A stretch of 64,000 nt of DNA from Eledone cirrhosa (GCA_964016885.1 OZ024743.1:148304001-148368000); one strand, 5' to 3'; shown: positions 27,480 to 40,767, counted from the first letter of the stretch. Translations and numbers: made by a program. The notes: generated from the letters alone by a model not told the origin.

Positions 27480-28200
27480 ATCTTGTCCTCTACTTCTAGA
27501 GGTTCAGTTATTTGAGGTCAGTCTTCACTACTTCATTGCATTTTTCCTTGGCCACCTTTAACGGGCTCTCATCACTGGCATTTCATTTTACAAGAGATAT
27601 TTTTCAAATACCCATATCAGTGCAGGCTTATCTCTTGCACACTACATATGAGCCTAATATATCCATTTTTTTCCTTACATGTGTGCACCTTTGTTCATAC
27701 ACAATAGTATTATATATCCAGCTTAGTTTAGTCGCTTTATTTCTTTCCAACCATCACAAACCCTCTGTATGTTTTAACAATATTTTGATTTCATGCAGCA
27801 ACACATATCATACACAAGCATCATACAATTTGTCTTTCACTCTGAGAAAGAAATCCTTTATTGCCAGCAGAGGCAACAATTCCTTGGATATTTTCCATCT
27901 TGCTCTCACTCTGGCTACTGTAGGCACCTACATCAGCTGCTTAGGTTACAAAGTAACCAAGGTTATCAACTATTTCTAATGAGCTTCCAAATATTTTTTT
28001 TTTATTTTCACATGTATTTTTACTGCTAACTACTATTGTGCATTTGCCACACAATCTGTATTGTGGTAAGTGTTGGGAGATGTGTTTAGCTGTAAAGCCC
28101 ATGTTAAAATTTGGAATGAATGAGCATGGTCTTGATACCAACCAATCTAGGAGAGCAGTAATTCTAAGAATTGACTTAGACTGTGATGAAACATCCAGCC
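27480..28200 (-). mobile_element. Degraded RTE LINE 3' region
   Basis: Remnant GRPRK-like 3' end and atg tail; heavily mutated. Confidence 0.5.
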
Positions 28201-28227
28201 ATGCCAGGTGTAAAATTATGATAATGG

Positions 28228-28329
<102 letters not shown>

Positions 28330-28968
28330 GGGGGGGGGGGAATAGAGTGAGTGAAAGAGAAATAAATAGATAGATAGATATGTTTCTTTTATTTGCCACC
28401 AGGGCATCAAAAGTCGGACAAGTACAATGGGGGGAGTTTACAAAACAAGGCATCCTCAATAAGGAGGAGGCAATAACAAAATATAAAAATAAAATAAAAT
28501 ATAACAGAATAAAATAAATAGATAGATAGATAGAGAGACAAACATATATATGTGTGTGTGTATATCGGCATAAAATTCCATTTAGTTACATATAAGTTGA
28601 ATATAAGAAAAATATTATTAATAGAGACATCAGTATCCATTGTTTATTTATCTATATATTCTTCATTCAATTTATTTAATTGTTACACTTCAACAACAGG
28701 GAGAAGAGGAAGTGCCAAAGGAAGTTGACATAAAAACAATATAGAACAAAGTAATGGCTGAAATGATAAAAAATAACAGCAGAAGTAAGAGACAAAATTC
28801 TATTTTGAACTGTAAAATAGCTTTTCTTTTACTATTTTCAATGTGGATAAAGATCTTTGCAAGCTCTTGCAATGAAATGTAAAAGTCTTCATTTGTTGTA
28901 CACACAGTTTTTACACACACACAGTCACACACACATTTAGTATGTATCAACAAGAGGTTGGAGTTTAA

Positions 28969-29191
28969 CCCTTTAGCATTTAAACTGGCTGTATCCGGCC
29001 ACAAATCTCTCACCTCTTTCTGTTCAAACTAGCCATAACCGACCGCTCATACTGGTGATAAGGTATTTTTCGCAAAATAGATAATATCAAAATCTAGTAG
29101 TTTCGATATTATGTGATATAATTATGTAAGATAAAGCCTTTACCACAAAAATACAATAATATATATATAGAATAATCTAAATGCTAAAGAG
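28969..29191 (+). mobile_element. piggyBac-like MITE
   Basis: TTAA-CCCTTTAGCATTTA...TAAATGCTAAAGAG-TTAA (terminal inverted repeats plus TTAA duplication). Confidence 0.8.
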
Positions 29192-29509
29192 TTAAACATA
29201 AAATGCCTACATAGCTGTTTGCTTTTGACGTTAGTTAGTGTATAATGGGATCCAGTGACTCATATAAACAAATCTATTTTCAGATAAGATTCTGAAAGAT
29301 GTTTGTATTATCGATATAACTAACTTAGTCAATTGGTATTATATCTCTCTTAATTAAAACATTCCTCAAAATAGAGGATTTTAACTGAGTAAATCTTTTG
29401 GTTACTTCCTTTGAAATGAATGAGATTTTATGCTCTGAGATTTTCACCATCTGCAACTACAAGCATCATACACTATAGATTATACCCTGGATTATGTGAC
29501 ATGCACGAT

Positions 29510-31070
29510 TTGACCTTCTTTTTCTTCTTCACCCACTTATTCCTGGGTGGGTTGTTGGGGCAGAGTCCTCAAACAATCTTTCCAGTGGATCCAGTCAGAA
29601 GCAACCATTTCCAGCCGAGCTCATGGACGTTATACAATCGAAGTTCTTGGGCTCAACCTTTGGGTCTCTTGTCTGTTCGTTTTGCCTGTAAAATCTGTCC
29701 AGCAGTTTTTTCCTAAAAAATTTTAACCACATGCCCATAGTATAGGCGCTGTGATCCCTCAATTGGAAGAAGTAGTAGCTCTTCCTGGAGTGGCTCTCTG
29801 ATCTACTCTATTGAGTAACATTACTTCAAAGATGCCTTGGAAGAACCGAATTTCAGGTGCTTGTATTCACTATCATATACTTTTGGTCATTACCCAAGAT
29901 TCATGACAATAGGTAGGGGTTGACATGAATACTGAATTAAAGATAGCAATTTTAGCTTTTACACCAACCTCGCTCCTTCTGATTACTGAATGCTGAAGCT
30001 CGCACATTACTGCACCAGCTCCTGCAATTTGTGCACATAAATCAGCCTCCTACCTTCCATCACTTGTGAACATGGCACCAAGATACTTGAACTTCTCCAC
30101 CTGCTTCAGTGAAAATCCATGCACAGGCTTCCTTGAGAGGACAAGTGTCTCAGTTTCAACAGCACTGATTTTCAATCCAGCCATGCAGCACTTGGCATCA
30201 AACCTATCAAGTGCAAGTTGGAGATTATCTTCTGTCAAGTTAAGTAACACCATGTCATTTGTAAATACTAGCTGACTGATTCTACACTTGCCAGTCATGA
30301 TACCACTTCCAACCTAGCTGTGCATGTCAATCCTGTTGATGAAAATAATGAAGTGGAGAGGTGACAGTACGCACCCTTGGCTGAGTCTGACTCCCATATT
30401 GAATGGTTTTGATTTAGCACCATTTATCGGAAGACAAATACTCAGGTATTCATATAAAGACATCAGGGAAACAAGAATCTAGCCATCAATCCCATACTCC
30501 TGCTGAACATCCATCAGCTTCCTGTAGAATGCAATCATATGCCTTTTTGAGGTCTACAAAGCAAGAATACACCGCTTGTGACTACTCCCATGATTTCTTG
30601 AAACCTGCAGCAGTGTTAATATTTGGTGAGTTGTGCTGTGTCCAGGGTGAAAACTGTACTGTTCATCAGCTAGCTTTGACTCAACAATCTCCCTACATCT
30701 ATTTGCCAAACACTTAGCATAAATTTTACCTAGGAGGCGTAACAAGGACATCCCTCTATAACTGGAGCGATCTCTCATCTCTCCCTTTTTTAAAATTGGG
30801 ATTATCAATCTGAATTGCCATTGCTTGTGTGCCTTTCCAGAGATCCAGGCCACCCAACACGCACGAGTCAGACAGAGAATATTTTCTCTGTTTAAGGCTT
30901 TTAATATCTCATTCTCCCCAGTGGCCTTGCCACATTTGAGCTCTTTAATTTCTCTTGTGACCTCAGCCTCCAAGAGATCAGTCATTGCTCAAAGATACAT
31001 CTTGTGTACATCAGTAGATGCTGTTGTCATCAGGTTTATAAGATCAGCAAAGTATTTTCTCCACCTTCCA
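29510..31070 (-). mobile_element. RTE-clade LINE, 5'-truncated, degraded RT
   Basis: IIPILKKG..SYRGMSLL, QGCVLSP, FTNDMVL and VEKFKYLG motifs, with stops and frameshifts. Confidence 0.9.
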
Positions 31071-31403
31071 TGGAGAGAACATATAGAGAAAGAATTTAAT
31101 AGATAAATACATGGGTGAGTCAGGCAAATAGATGGATGAATGGATGGATAGACAGATAGACAGACAGACAGACAGTGTGGGAGATATTTAGATGGATAGG
31201 TAGAGAGGAAGGTAGGTAGATAGGTAGAGAGAATGATAGATAGCTATATAAACAGATAGATATATAGATAGAGTGATAGATAGATAGATAGACAAAAATA
31301 CACACTAACCCATACACAAATATATAGTCATATGTGCAGCGGTATGTTAATATATTTTCACATAGATATGCAGATATGAAAGAAGAAAGACAGCTTGAAT
31401 GGT

Positions 31404-31472
<69 letters not shown>

Positions 31473-31718
31473 ACATACATGCATGCATACTTTCATGCAT
31501 ACACATATAGACAAACATAACTACATATCAATATACATACATGAATACATACATACAGACAGACAAAGATATAGATAGATAAATAAAAATACACACTAAC
31601 CCATACACAGGTATAGTCATACAAGCAGAGATATGTTGACATACATTCACATAGATATGCAGATATGAAAGAAGGAAGATAGCTTGAAGGGTAGATAAAT
31701 TCATACATAACTTGACAT

Positions 31719-31770
<52 letters not shown>

Positions 31771-31975
31771 GAATACATGCATGCACAGATATATACATAT
31801 ATAAGTACACATTTATATACATACATGCATGCATATATACACACACACTTACACTAATTAGCAGAGCAGATATTTATAACATAATACATATTTCACAATC
31901 ATTGCCCCAAATTAATACAACTTGCAGGAATAACCCTTCTTTTAACTATAAGCAGTGTAAATAATATGTATATCT

Positions 31976-32022
<47 letters not shown>

Positions 32023-32043
32023 TATATATATATATATATATAA

Positions 32044-32080
<37 letters not shown>

Positions 32081-32083
32081 CAC

Positions 32084-32137
<54 letters not shown>

Positions 32138-33379
32138 GTATACACAGATAATTGCAGAGGAAGAGGGTGCGGTTTAGAAGAAAAGACATACTGAAAAATG
32201 CACACTTACATACATATATATATATACATGCATACACACATAGATACATACATATATACATACACACACACATACACACACACATACACACACATATACA
32301 CATCTGTAAGAATGAAGCAAGCTGCAATGTGATAAAACAAAAGCAAATTAGCGGAAGATCTTCCAAAATGTAACACATGACAAAGATGAGAGTGGGTAGG
32401 GGTTAAATTATGTTTTATATAATTTTTCATTATACTGTTCCCATTATTGTTGTTGCTGCTGCTGTTGTATTTTATATATATTTTAAATTTAGTTATTTGT
32501 GTTTGTATTGATGTTAGTAATAAATTTGTTTTCTGTTGTAGTTGCTCTTGTTTTTTTTTTTATTTATTTTATTTTATTTTAATTTTCTAAGAACAAAAAT
32601 GTAAAGTGCAAATAACAATGTTGTTATAGTTTGGATGAAGTAACTTAGTGAAGATACTTCTCTTGTGATTTCTTGATTAATTGGGGAATTTTCCTCTAGA
32701 AAGGAAAGATATCAACAAATTCAAAGCAATAAAGATCAAACAATGGTGTCTGTATAAACCGTGCTAAATTGGCTGCAGGCACCATCACGATAATCGGAAG
32801 AGAGATCGGAAAAGATCAGAGCGTATGTATAAATAAATAAATGAAAAATGACTAAATAAATAAATACATATATAAAAATGAGAATAGAAGAAGAAAAAAA
32901 AACTAAAAAAAAAATATAAAGTAGACAAGAAAATAAGTAGAAAAGAATCAAAAGCAAAATTAGAAATATATATTAGAAATACATATATACACAAAAATAA
33001 AAATATATTTTTCTAAATATGACAAATGCATAAGAACTGTAGTTACTGTTAACCAAAGTTTGACATATTCTGTTGTATTAATCAACCTGACTGATGGCAG
33101 GTAAGGATGTGAGTTAGGCATGTCACCTAAAGATGAAAATAACTTAGACTATTTAGTGGAAGAAATTAGTTTTGTATTGGTGAGATTCTTCTTACTTTTA
33201 CTGAGTTTAGAGTTTCGTTGTTCACAATTTCTTGAAATGAATGATGAAATGTGAAACTGACCTTTGAGCTAAGGAATGAAAAAAATAAAATGAAGAAATA
33301 TAAAACTAGTGATGTGATATAAATATATATATATCTTAGGTCTTAGTTTATCTTTATAGTTCCCTTAGATTAACATAAT

Positions 33380-33555
33380 TGTTTCTACTTTTGGCACAAG
33401 GCCAGCAATTTCCCAGTGTATTACTGGTACTTTATTTTATCGACCCCGTAAGGATGAAAGGCAAAGTTAACCTCGGCGGGATTTGAACTCAGAATGGCAA
33501 AGGCCGTAACTCTATACGTCAAAGCATGGCGTCCGACCCTCTACCGATACTGCTA
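33380..33555 (-). mobile_element. Nin/Deu-domain tRNA-derived SINE
   Basis: tttgcctttcatccttacggggtcgataaaataaagtaccag domain; target-site duplication agattaacataat at 33367 and 33556. Confidence 0.85.
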
Positions 33556-33614
33556 AGATTAACATAATGAAGCAGAATAGAAGCCAAACCTTGAAAGAAG
33601 AAAAAATGAATACT

Positions 33615-33659
<45 letters not shown>

Positions 33660-33960
33660 CATCATCACCATCATCATCGTTTAATGTCCATATTCCATGC
33701 TAGCATGGGTTAGATGGGTTTGTCCTACTTAGAGGCAAGTTGGGTTAGGTGACTATATCTTGCTTATATAGGACTGTTTCTGGCTGGTTTTCTATGGCTG
33801 GATGTTCTTCCTAACGGCTGGGTGCTTTATCTCGTGACACCTACATGACATATATATATATTATTATAAATGTAAGCTATCGCCGTATTTTGACTAAAGA
33901 CATTATTTAGCATGATAGTGGGGTTAAGAACCTTCGAAGAAATGGAAAAAAGGTGAGTAT

Positions 33961-34032
33961 TGACGTACATGAGAGTCGAACCCACATCTTTGGTTATCCG
34001 GACCTCTGTGCTACCATTTACACCAACACATC
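33961..34032 (-). other. tRNA-like cloverleaf (not a canonical tRNA)
   Basis: Acceptor GATGTGT/GTACGTC-A, D arm GTGT-AAATGGTA-GCAC, anticodon loop CCGGATA, T arm GTGGG-TTCGACT-CTCAT; T-run ~10 nt downstream. Confidence 0.75.
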
Positions 34033-34222
34033 ACCCGTCTTTTTCCATTCAAATTAGAAGCTATAAACTTAGCGACTGTAATGTCAAGTAAGAATATTTT
34101 CGAAACAGCGAGCGGGTTTGAAATTATTATAAATGTAAGCTATCGCCGTATTTTGACTAAAGACATTATTTAGCCTGATAGTGGGGTTAAGAACCCTCGT
34201 AGAAATGGAAAAAGATGAGTAT

Positions 34223-34294
34223 TGACGTACATGGGAGTCGAACCCACATCTTTGGTTATCCGGACCACTGTGTTACCATTTACACCAACACATC
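34223..34294 (-). other. tRNA-like cloverleaf, best-paired copy
   Basis: D stem GTGT/ACAC, anticodon stem TGGT/ACCA, T stem GTGGG/CCCAT; C33 instead of U33. Confidence 0.8.
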
Positions 34295-34577
34295 ACCTGT
34301 CTTTTTCCATTCAAATTAGAAGCTATAAACATAGCGACTGTAATTTCCATTTCTCCGAGGGTTCTTAACCCCACTATCAGGCTAAATAATGTATTTAGTC
34401 AAAATACGGCGATAGCTTACAAAATATAAATTGATAAAATAAATACCATACTTGAGGAAACCCATAAGTGAATAAAAAAACATACATAAACACATACACA
34501 CACACACACATATATATATATATATCGGGAATTTACCTACTATATATATGTATATATATATATACACACACACTCAT

Positions 34578-34660
<83 letters not shown>

Positions 34661-34754
34661 TTAATATATTAATATATTAAGACTTTTACAGGATTTTCTT
34701 TCCTGATGATTTTGTATATATATCATATATCATTATCTATAAAAGGCAGATATA

Positions 34755-34935
34755 GGGCGGTGGATTGGCAGTATTGGGAGAGGGTCGGACGCCATGCTTT
34801 GACGTATAGAGTTACGGCCCTTGCCATTCTGAGTTCAAATCTCGCCGAGGTTAACTTTGCCTTTCATCCTTACGGTGTCGATAAAATAAAGTACCAGTAA
34901 TGCCAGTTGGCCTTGTGCCTAACGTAGAAACAATT
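34755..34935 (+). mobile_element. Nin/Deu-domain SINE, full length
   Basis: ggcggtggattggcag head, B box, Nin domain, agaaacaattat end; ~20-bp target-site duplication attatctataaa(a/g)ggcagat. Confidence 0.88.
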
Positions 34936-35470
34936 ATCTATAAAGGGCAGATTGTTGTTGTGTGTGTGTGTGTGCATGTTCCATGTTTATACATTTGCAC
35001 AATTTCAAACCAATTAGACTCAACGTCTGTAAGAATGTTGTAAATGGTCTTACTTAGGTCAACGACTATTTATTTCATTAAATCTCACCCACAATTATGG
35101 AAGTAATCGATAAAAATAAATACATGACGCTTTATCCCTCTAATAGAATCTGATTACCTCGCTCTACTCCCCTTAAAATTCGATAAAACTAGATGCATGC
35201 TTACAAACTTCCTTTAGGAATGCCGGAGAGAGAAGAGAGTGAGGGGGGGGGGGAGAGGAGGAACGTTTGTTTTTGAGTGTGGAACTGTCAAACATTTATT
35301 TACTTCAATGACAAAGAGAACTTATTACATTTCATACGAAACAACAATTATTCAAAAGCAACAGATAAATTTATTCAACAACAAAAAAAATAGCGATAAA
35401 TCTTTTTTAAAACCTCTCAACGAACGTGGAAGAAAGAAGTATCAGTTTATTTACTATACACAATAATATA

Positions 35471-35835
35471 CTCTATGAGGTCACTAAACCTGCTAGAAAC
35501 AGCAGCTAACTCTCCCCCATATCACACCACTTCCCACTGTCTTAAATGTAGAAAGCATATCCTCTATGAGGTCACTAAACCTGCTAGAAACAGCAGCTAA
35601 CTCTCCCCCTATCACACCACTTCCTACTGTCTTAAATGTAGAAAGCACATATCCTCTATGAGGTCACTAAACCTGCTAGAAACAGCAGCTAACTCTCCCC
35701 CTATCACACCACTCCCTACTGTCTTAAATTTAGAAAACATATCCTCTATGAGGTCACTAAACCTGCTAGAAACAGCAGCTAACTCTCCTCCATATCACAC
35801 CACTCCCTACTGTCTTAAATTTAGAAAACACACAT
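35471..35835 (+). repeat. ~91-bp tandem repeat x4 derived from a dispersed repeat
   Basis: Unit ctctatgaggtcactaaacctgctagaaacagcagctaactctcc...; diverged monomers at ~20390, 43590, 43875, 44900 and 46340. Confidence 0.9.
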
Positions 35836-35839
35836 TAGA

Positions 35840-36128
35840 CATCCATGCAGAACAACTCAATCGCAGCTCTGTTGTTCGGCTGGCATCGTCTACGCGCGTG
35901 TTGCGCAAGTACTGTGAAACAATAAATTTCAACACTTCTTTGCACAGAGATAATATCCATAGGCGAAACTACAATTGTCACTGCTGGCGCAGCTCCTGCT
36001 TCGGCAGTCCAGGTCTTCAATTCATTCACCCAGTGCCTGGCAGACAAAAAAGTGCTGCCATAAAATGGATGGTGCAACTTAACTTTGGTAACTTACTGAC
36101 CCCGAGCAACGCCGGGCATTAATGCTAG
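35840..36128 (+). mobile_element. Non-autonomous Helitron 3' end
   Basis: Subterminal hairpin CCCG-agcaacgc-CGGG followed by CTAG then T. The 5' boundary is uncertain. Confidence 0.75.
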
Positions 36129-36510
36129 TATATATATATATGTATTTTTTCTTCTTTCTTTTTTCTTTTCCCTTCAAAAACCTTGTCTGTAAATAATATT
36201 ATTCTTTCTTCCCCATTTCCTTAACATGCTCAACATCACATCAATACAAATTCCCCCCTTTGATAGTGCATAAAATGCTGAAACCGGTAATAGACAATTA
36301 TTAAATGTATAATTAAATAAATAAATGCCTTGTTAATTAATAAATAAATTAACTAATACCTTAACACTTCACACAAAGTAAAATATTTTGTTTTAAACAT
36401 TTTCTAACCCAGAAAAAAGAGAAAAAAATAAAAGGAAAAAAAAATATTTTTCTTCCTAATAATCGTCTTTTTCTCCCTTTTTACATATGTATATATATAT
36501 ATATATATAT

Positions 36511-37077
36511 GGTAGACATGTTGACTAATTGGTGTTGCATATTCAATGCACTAATCAGTGAACAATGAAGAAGCAATTCGATTTGAGCACTCAACCTCAT
36601 ATATGTTCGTCCAAATATGATTTGTTAGTCAGTGATTGAGTATATGTTGACTAAGGAAAATGTGAAGTTCGCTGTAGATGTTAAAACTCCTTTATTAACT
36701 AAGCTGTGATACATATTTCTATGATGATCGTGACAATACGATTGATCACTGATACAACCAATTGCAGGATATCCCCAGACAGCATCTCTTGTAATATGGT
36801 TACTTTTCTAAGACAATCAATACAAGGGAAAGGACAGAAATGATGTTTTCATAGTCGAATTCAAGGGAATAGGCGTGGGCTATAAAAACATCATTTCTGT
36901 CTTAAAATTAGATTGCCTTGGAAATGTAACATTGTTATATAAGAATCTGTCTCGTGATATTGTATGACTGTATTTATGATTGAACAATAATATAGCCATG
37001 ATCATCATTGAAATATGTATCACAGCTTTGTCAATAAAAGATTTTTAATATCTACACTGAACTTTGCATTTTCCTTA
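36511..37077. mobile_element. Old PLE-end element: tail + ~200-bp diverged inverted repeat in (TA)n
   Basis: Arms ~36652-36855 and 36880-37077. Remnant GAAAtatgTAtcac and AATAAA; terminus TTTTCCTTA; tail motif 36585-36643. Confidence 0.7.
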
Positions 37078-37090
37078 TTATATATATATA

Positions 37091-37275
37091 GGAGGAAGTT
37101 ATAAGGAAAGAAACCTCGGCAATCTTAGAATTAAGGAAGCACTAATTATAGACAAAACACAACCACCAATCAATAATAGACTAGAACTCAACACCCAATT
37201 TATAACTTGATAGAGCATCTAACCCGATATTTACACCCCCACCCCCCACACACACGCGCTTACACCTCCACTTAT

Positions 37276-37306
<31 letters not shown>

Positions 37307-37715
37307 AAGACTAGTTCTAACAGGAGATAACATCTATCCCACACATTTACGTATAGACATATCTTCTCACACTCACACACACACACACATACTTACACCT
37401 TCACGCATTCTCCCACACACTTAAACAGGCATTTACAATAAAACCCCTTTTAAAGGGAGACTACTCTTTATCCACCTAACCTTAACTCTTTGACATTAGA
37501 GATACAACAGATACTCTATACCATTTCCTGTCAGCATCACTTGGCAAGCTATTTAGAACACTGGTTTAACCGCTTTACTTCCCTCCGAAGAAGAGATATT
37601 ATCTCGAAAATTAAGGACATTTAAATAAATCTAAGGTAAGAGACTAATTGTCAACAATATCTTTTGCATTTGCATTCTTTATTCTATGTCTATACCTGCA
37701 TTGTTTTGGCTTTAT
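37091..37715 (+). mobile_element. Penelope-like element 3' end (GIY-YIG C-terminus + UTR with hammerhead)
   Basis: 37091-37210 reads NLRIKEALIIDKTQPPINNRLE*; hammerhead 37582-37616, then AATAAA; flanked by (TA)n. Confidence 0.8.
37582..37616 (+). ncRNA. Minimal hammerhead (U4C variant)
   Basis: CCT-CCGAAGA-a-GAGATattATCTC-GAA-AATT-A-AGG. Confidence 0.7.
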
Positions 37716-37756
37716 TATACATATACAAACGTATATATATATATATATACACTTCT

Positions 37757-37790
37757 CACCTGAGGAAGGGCTTATGCCCGAAACGTCGTT
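37757..37790 (+). ncRNA. Minimal hammerhead in short PLE-end insert (37750-37880)
   Basis: cac-CTGAGGA-a-GGGCttatGCCC-GAA-ACGT-C-gt; stem I is weak. AATAAA and a TTTTTCCATTA terminus follow. Confidence 0.7.
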
Positions 37791-37877
37791 CCCCACCACC
37801 ACCCCACTCTCCAGAGCGTGAAATTAATAAACATTCGTTGTACTGCCTCTCTGTTTTGTTCTTGTTCAAATTTTTCC

Positions 37878-37925
<48 letters not shown>

Positions 37926-38011
37926 CAAAAAGTAAACAGAAATAACAACACAATCAGTACAGTATATGGAAGGAATATATTAGGTTAACACTTGAAATAG
38001 CGGGAAGAGTG

Positions 38012-38047
38012 TCTTAACGTTTTGGATGCTATTCCTTCATCAGAAGA
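38012..38047 (-). ncRNA. Degenerate minimal hammerhead in PLE-end insert (37925-38148)
   Basis: TCTT-CTGATGA-a-GGAatagcaTCC-(G>A)AA-ACGT-T-AAGA. Confidence 0.6.
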
Positions 38048-39343
38048 AAGAATGAGAAATTAGAAAGATTGAAGAGACGGGCAGGACGGAATCGGAAATA
38101 GTGTTTTTAGAGGAAGACTACAAGTTCATTCATGTTACCATCTCTTGGAATATATATATATATATATGGGTGGAAGATACATATATGTATGTATTTATGA
38201 TAGTTGTTTTAATATAGTATTGAATGAGAATAGATTGTTCAAGAATAAGACTGATGATCTTTTTTAAATTTAAATGCATGTTTGGGGCTCTTTGTTTAAA
38301 TGGTAGATATGGTTAATGAAATGTCTTGTTAACTAATAACAATTTCATCATCTGTATAGTTATCCTATTCTAGGTTACCTTTATTTCTAAAAGGATCTTT
38401 AATAAATATGTGGTCATGTATATTGGCTGCTCAACTGTTCTGGGATGGTTTGATGGCATCTTTCTTCACAGGTATGATACAATTTTTTTAATTTACATTT
38501 TGCAATATCACTTTTAAAATATTTGAATATATGACATAGTTACTGTTTGTTTTTGTAAAAAATTTGTAAAAAATTCCAAGGAATACGTATAGAGAAGTAG
38601 CAATATGTGTAAGTGTAGACCAATCCAACATATGTATACTTAAATGGAAAAACAGACATTGAAATATTGATGATAACAAAGAGGACATTAGAAATAAGAG
38701 GTTAAGGAAGTATATATATGAATGGGTGTATGTAATTTTCAAACTTTTGGATATTTGTTTGTTTGTTTGTTTTTTGTTTCACTTTGCATAAAATGTTGTA
38801 ACTTAATTTCACATAGGTTCTCTATTAAACTTTTAGATGACAAATTTTAATTTGTTCTAATTAATTCAGAAATGTTTCTATATATCTAAGTATATAATCA
38901 ATTATTTTCTATATCTTAATTATATAATTATTAATTACTGGTCTTGATATCAATACTGAATAAATCTCATCAAAATGGGAAACAATGTTCCTCAATATTT
39001 CTTGGCAAAGGAATACATTGTTATTGTTGTTTAGCCCCAGGTCATCCCACAAGTAAACATATTAGCAAGACCAGTCAAACCATAAGCATACCATCTTATT
39101 TTAAAAAATAATGTTGCTCAGTTGATATTATTTAATGTTCATTTTCAAGAAAGTGGGGTGTGGTTTCAGAGCGATATATTTGCTAATTATTACATGTCAA
39201 TGACCATCAGTAAGCTTCAACAATAAAGATCATGCAACAAATTTGCATATAGCTTTTACAAGTGAATTAAACACTTATTTATGCGTTGTATAGTTCTATA
39301 TGAACAGTGAATGTGTGGCTCACACATAACATTGAACAATTCA

Positions 39344-39402
<59 letters not shown>

Positions 39403-39418
39403 GGAGGCACATGACTAT

Positions 39419-39775
39419 GGAGGCACATGACTATGGAGGCACATGGCTTAGTGGTTAGAGTATTGGCCTTGCAATCGGAAGGTTGTGAGTTCAATTCTCA
39501 GACCGGGTGATGTGTTGTTTCCTTGAGCAAGACACTTTATTTCACATTGCTCCAGTTTACTCATCTGTAAAAATGAGATGATAGGACTGGGGTCCATATC
39601 ATTCCACTGCAAAGTGGTCGTGGAGGTGCCATGGCAAAAAAGCACCCAGCACTCACTGTAAATGAGGTTGGTGTTAGGAAGGGCATCCAGCTGTAGAAAT
39701 CAAGCCAGAATCAGTTCCCGTCCCACCCTTGCAAGCAGGGAAAAGTGGACGTAAAATGAAATGATGATGAAATGA

Positions 39776-39779
<4 letters not shown>
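39419..39779 (+). mobile_element. tRNA-derived SINE (same family as 19022-19368)
   Basis: Near-identical to that copy; the 16-bp head unit is triplicated at 5' (39403-39445). Confidence 0.9.
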
Positions 39780-39844
<65 letters not shown>

Positions 39845-39855
39845 TATTTTTTTTG

Positions 39856-40030
39856 GAGGTGGTTGGCTTAGCAGTTAGAAGGTTGAAGTCACAATTGTAA
39901 GGTTGTGAATTTGACTCCAGGGCCAGGTGGTGTGTTGTGTTCTTGAGGAAAACACTTTACTTTATGTCACTCCAGTACACTCAGCTGTAGAAATGAGTTG
40001 CAATGTCACTGGTGTAAAGCTGTATCAAAC
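39856..40030 (+). mobile_element. Older related SINE, partial
   Basis: A/B boxes and cttgaggaaaacacttt centre; related copies at ~10135-10275, 18480-18650, 18770-19000 and 22938-23050. Confidence 0.7.
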
Positions 40031-40159
40031 ATGTTATCACAAGGAAACTGGTTACACTACTGGAAGAAAATGATTACTAACAGGCATCTATCATAACTAA
40101 AAACAGGAAAAAGAGCTACACTATACAGTTGTTGTTAATCATGGAATGATATGTCTTAA

Positions 40160-40590
40160 ATGGTAAGGCCTTGGCACAGTTGAAAATCTGAGAGAATTGA
40201 ATGATATGTAACAAACCGCAAATTTTGGCTTTGAGAGCTTCACCAACCCCTAAACATGACACCACTGTGCAATGCCAAATGTCTCACCCTTTACATCTAG
40301 AGTAAGTAACAGATACTGAAATAGCTTGTGGTTCAAGTGTACCCATCTCTTTCATTTAAATAAAAAGAACTGAACAAACTACCTGGAGTGAATGTAGATG
40401 TTATCAAAAATCATCTTGACATTCTGCTCTCTACGGGCCCAGATGAGCCTAGAGTAGGGCAAAAAACAGAAATGAAAACAGCATTATTAAATTCCTTATT
40501 CATCAATGGCCAATTACAGAAGGATAGTTATGGAAAATGTAACAACAATAGCAGTGCCCGAGCATTGCTTTGGTCTGTAGGGTGAAAGGA
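40160..40590 (+). mobile_element. CR1/L2-like LINE 3' fragment, degraded
   Basis: GVNVDVIKNHLDILLSTGPDEP resembles the CR1-group C-terminal FKxxLDxxLxxxPDxP motif. Confidence 0.55.
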
Positions 40591-40767
40591 ACGTGTGTGT
40601 GTGTTTATATACTTAAGTAGGTGCTTTAGATGTATAAAAGGTTTAAACATTAACTGAATAAGCACGCAATACATATGAGCAGTGTCAAATTTATTTTACT
40701 GAAGAGAAATGTGACAGTGACTTCAAAGTATGGTTCGATCTGAAGATTGGCTGAGATGATGATGATG

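Larger units (their letters stand above)
33861..34421 (-). mobile_element. (TA)n-inserted 262-bp tandem element with embedded tRNA-like cloverleaf and inverted partial arm
   Basis: Direct repeat with period 262 (33861-34343), inverted copy 34344-34421; homolog at 40802-41049. Confidence 0.85.

Noticed and set aside
32700-32835. Possible host exon (CpG-containing patch)
   Set aside because: Short frames only, no recognisable product, and ambiguous splice signals.
33961-34294. Functional tRNA-Ser genes
   Set aside because: No U33, no long variable arm, a 27-43 mismatch, and they are embedded in a mobile repeat; treated as tRNA-like.
34174-34315. Hammerhead on + strand of the tRNA-like element (CTGATAG..GAAA)
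   Set aside because: Core G8/A9 do not match, there is no stem I, and it is antisense to the inferred element direction.
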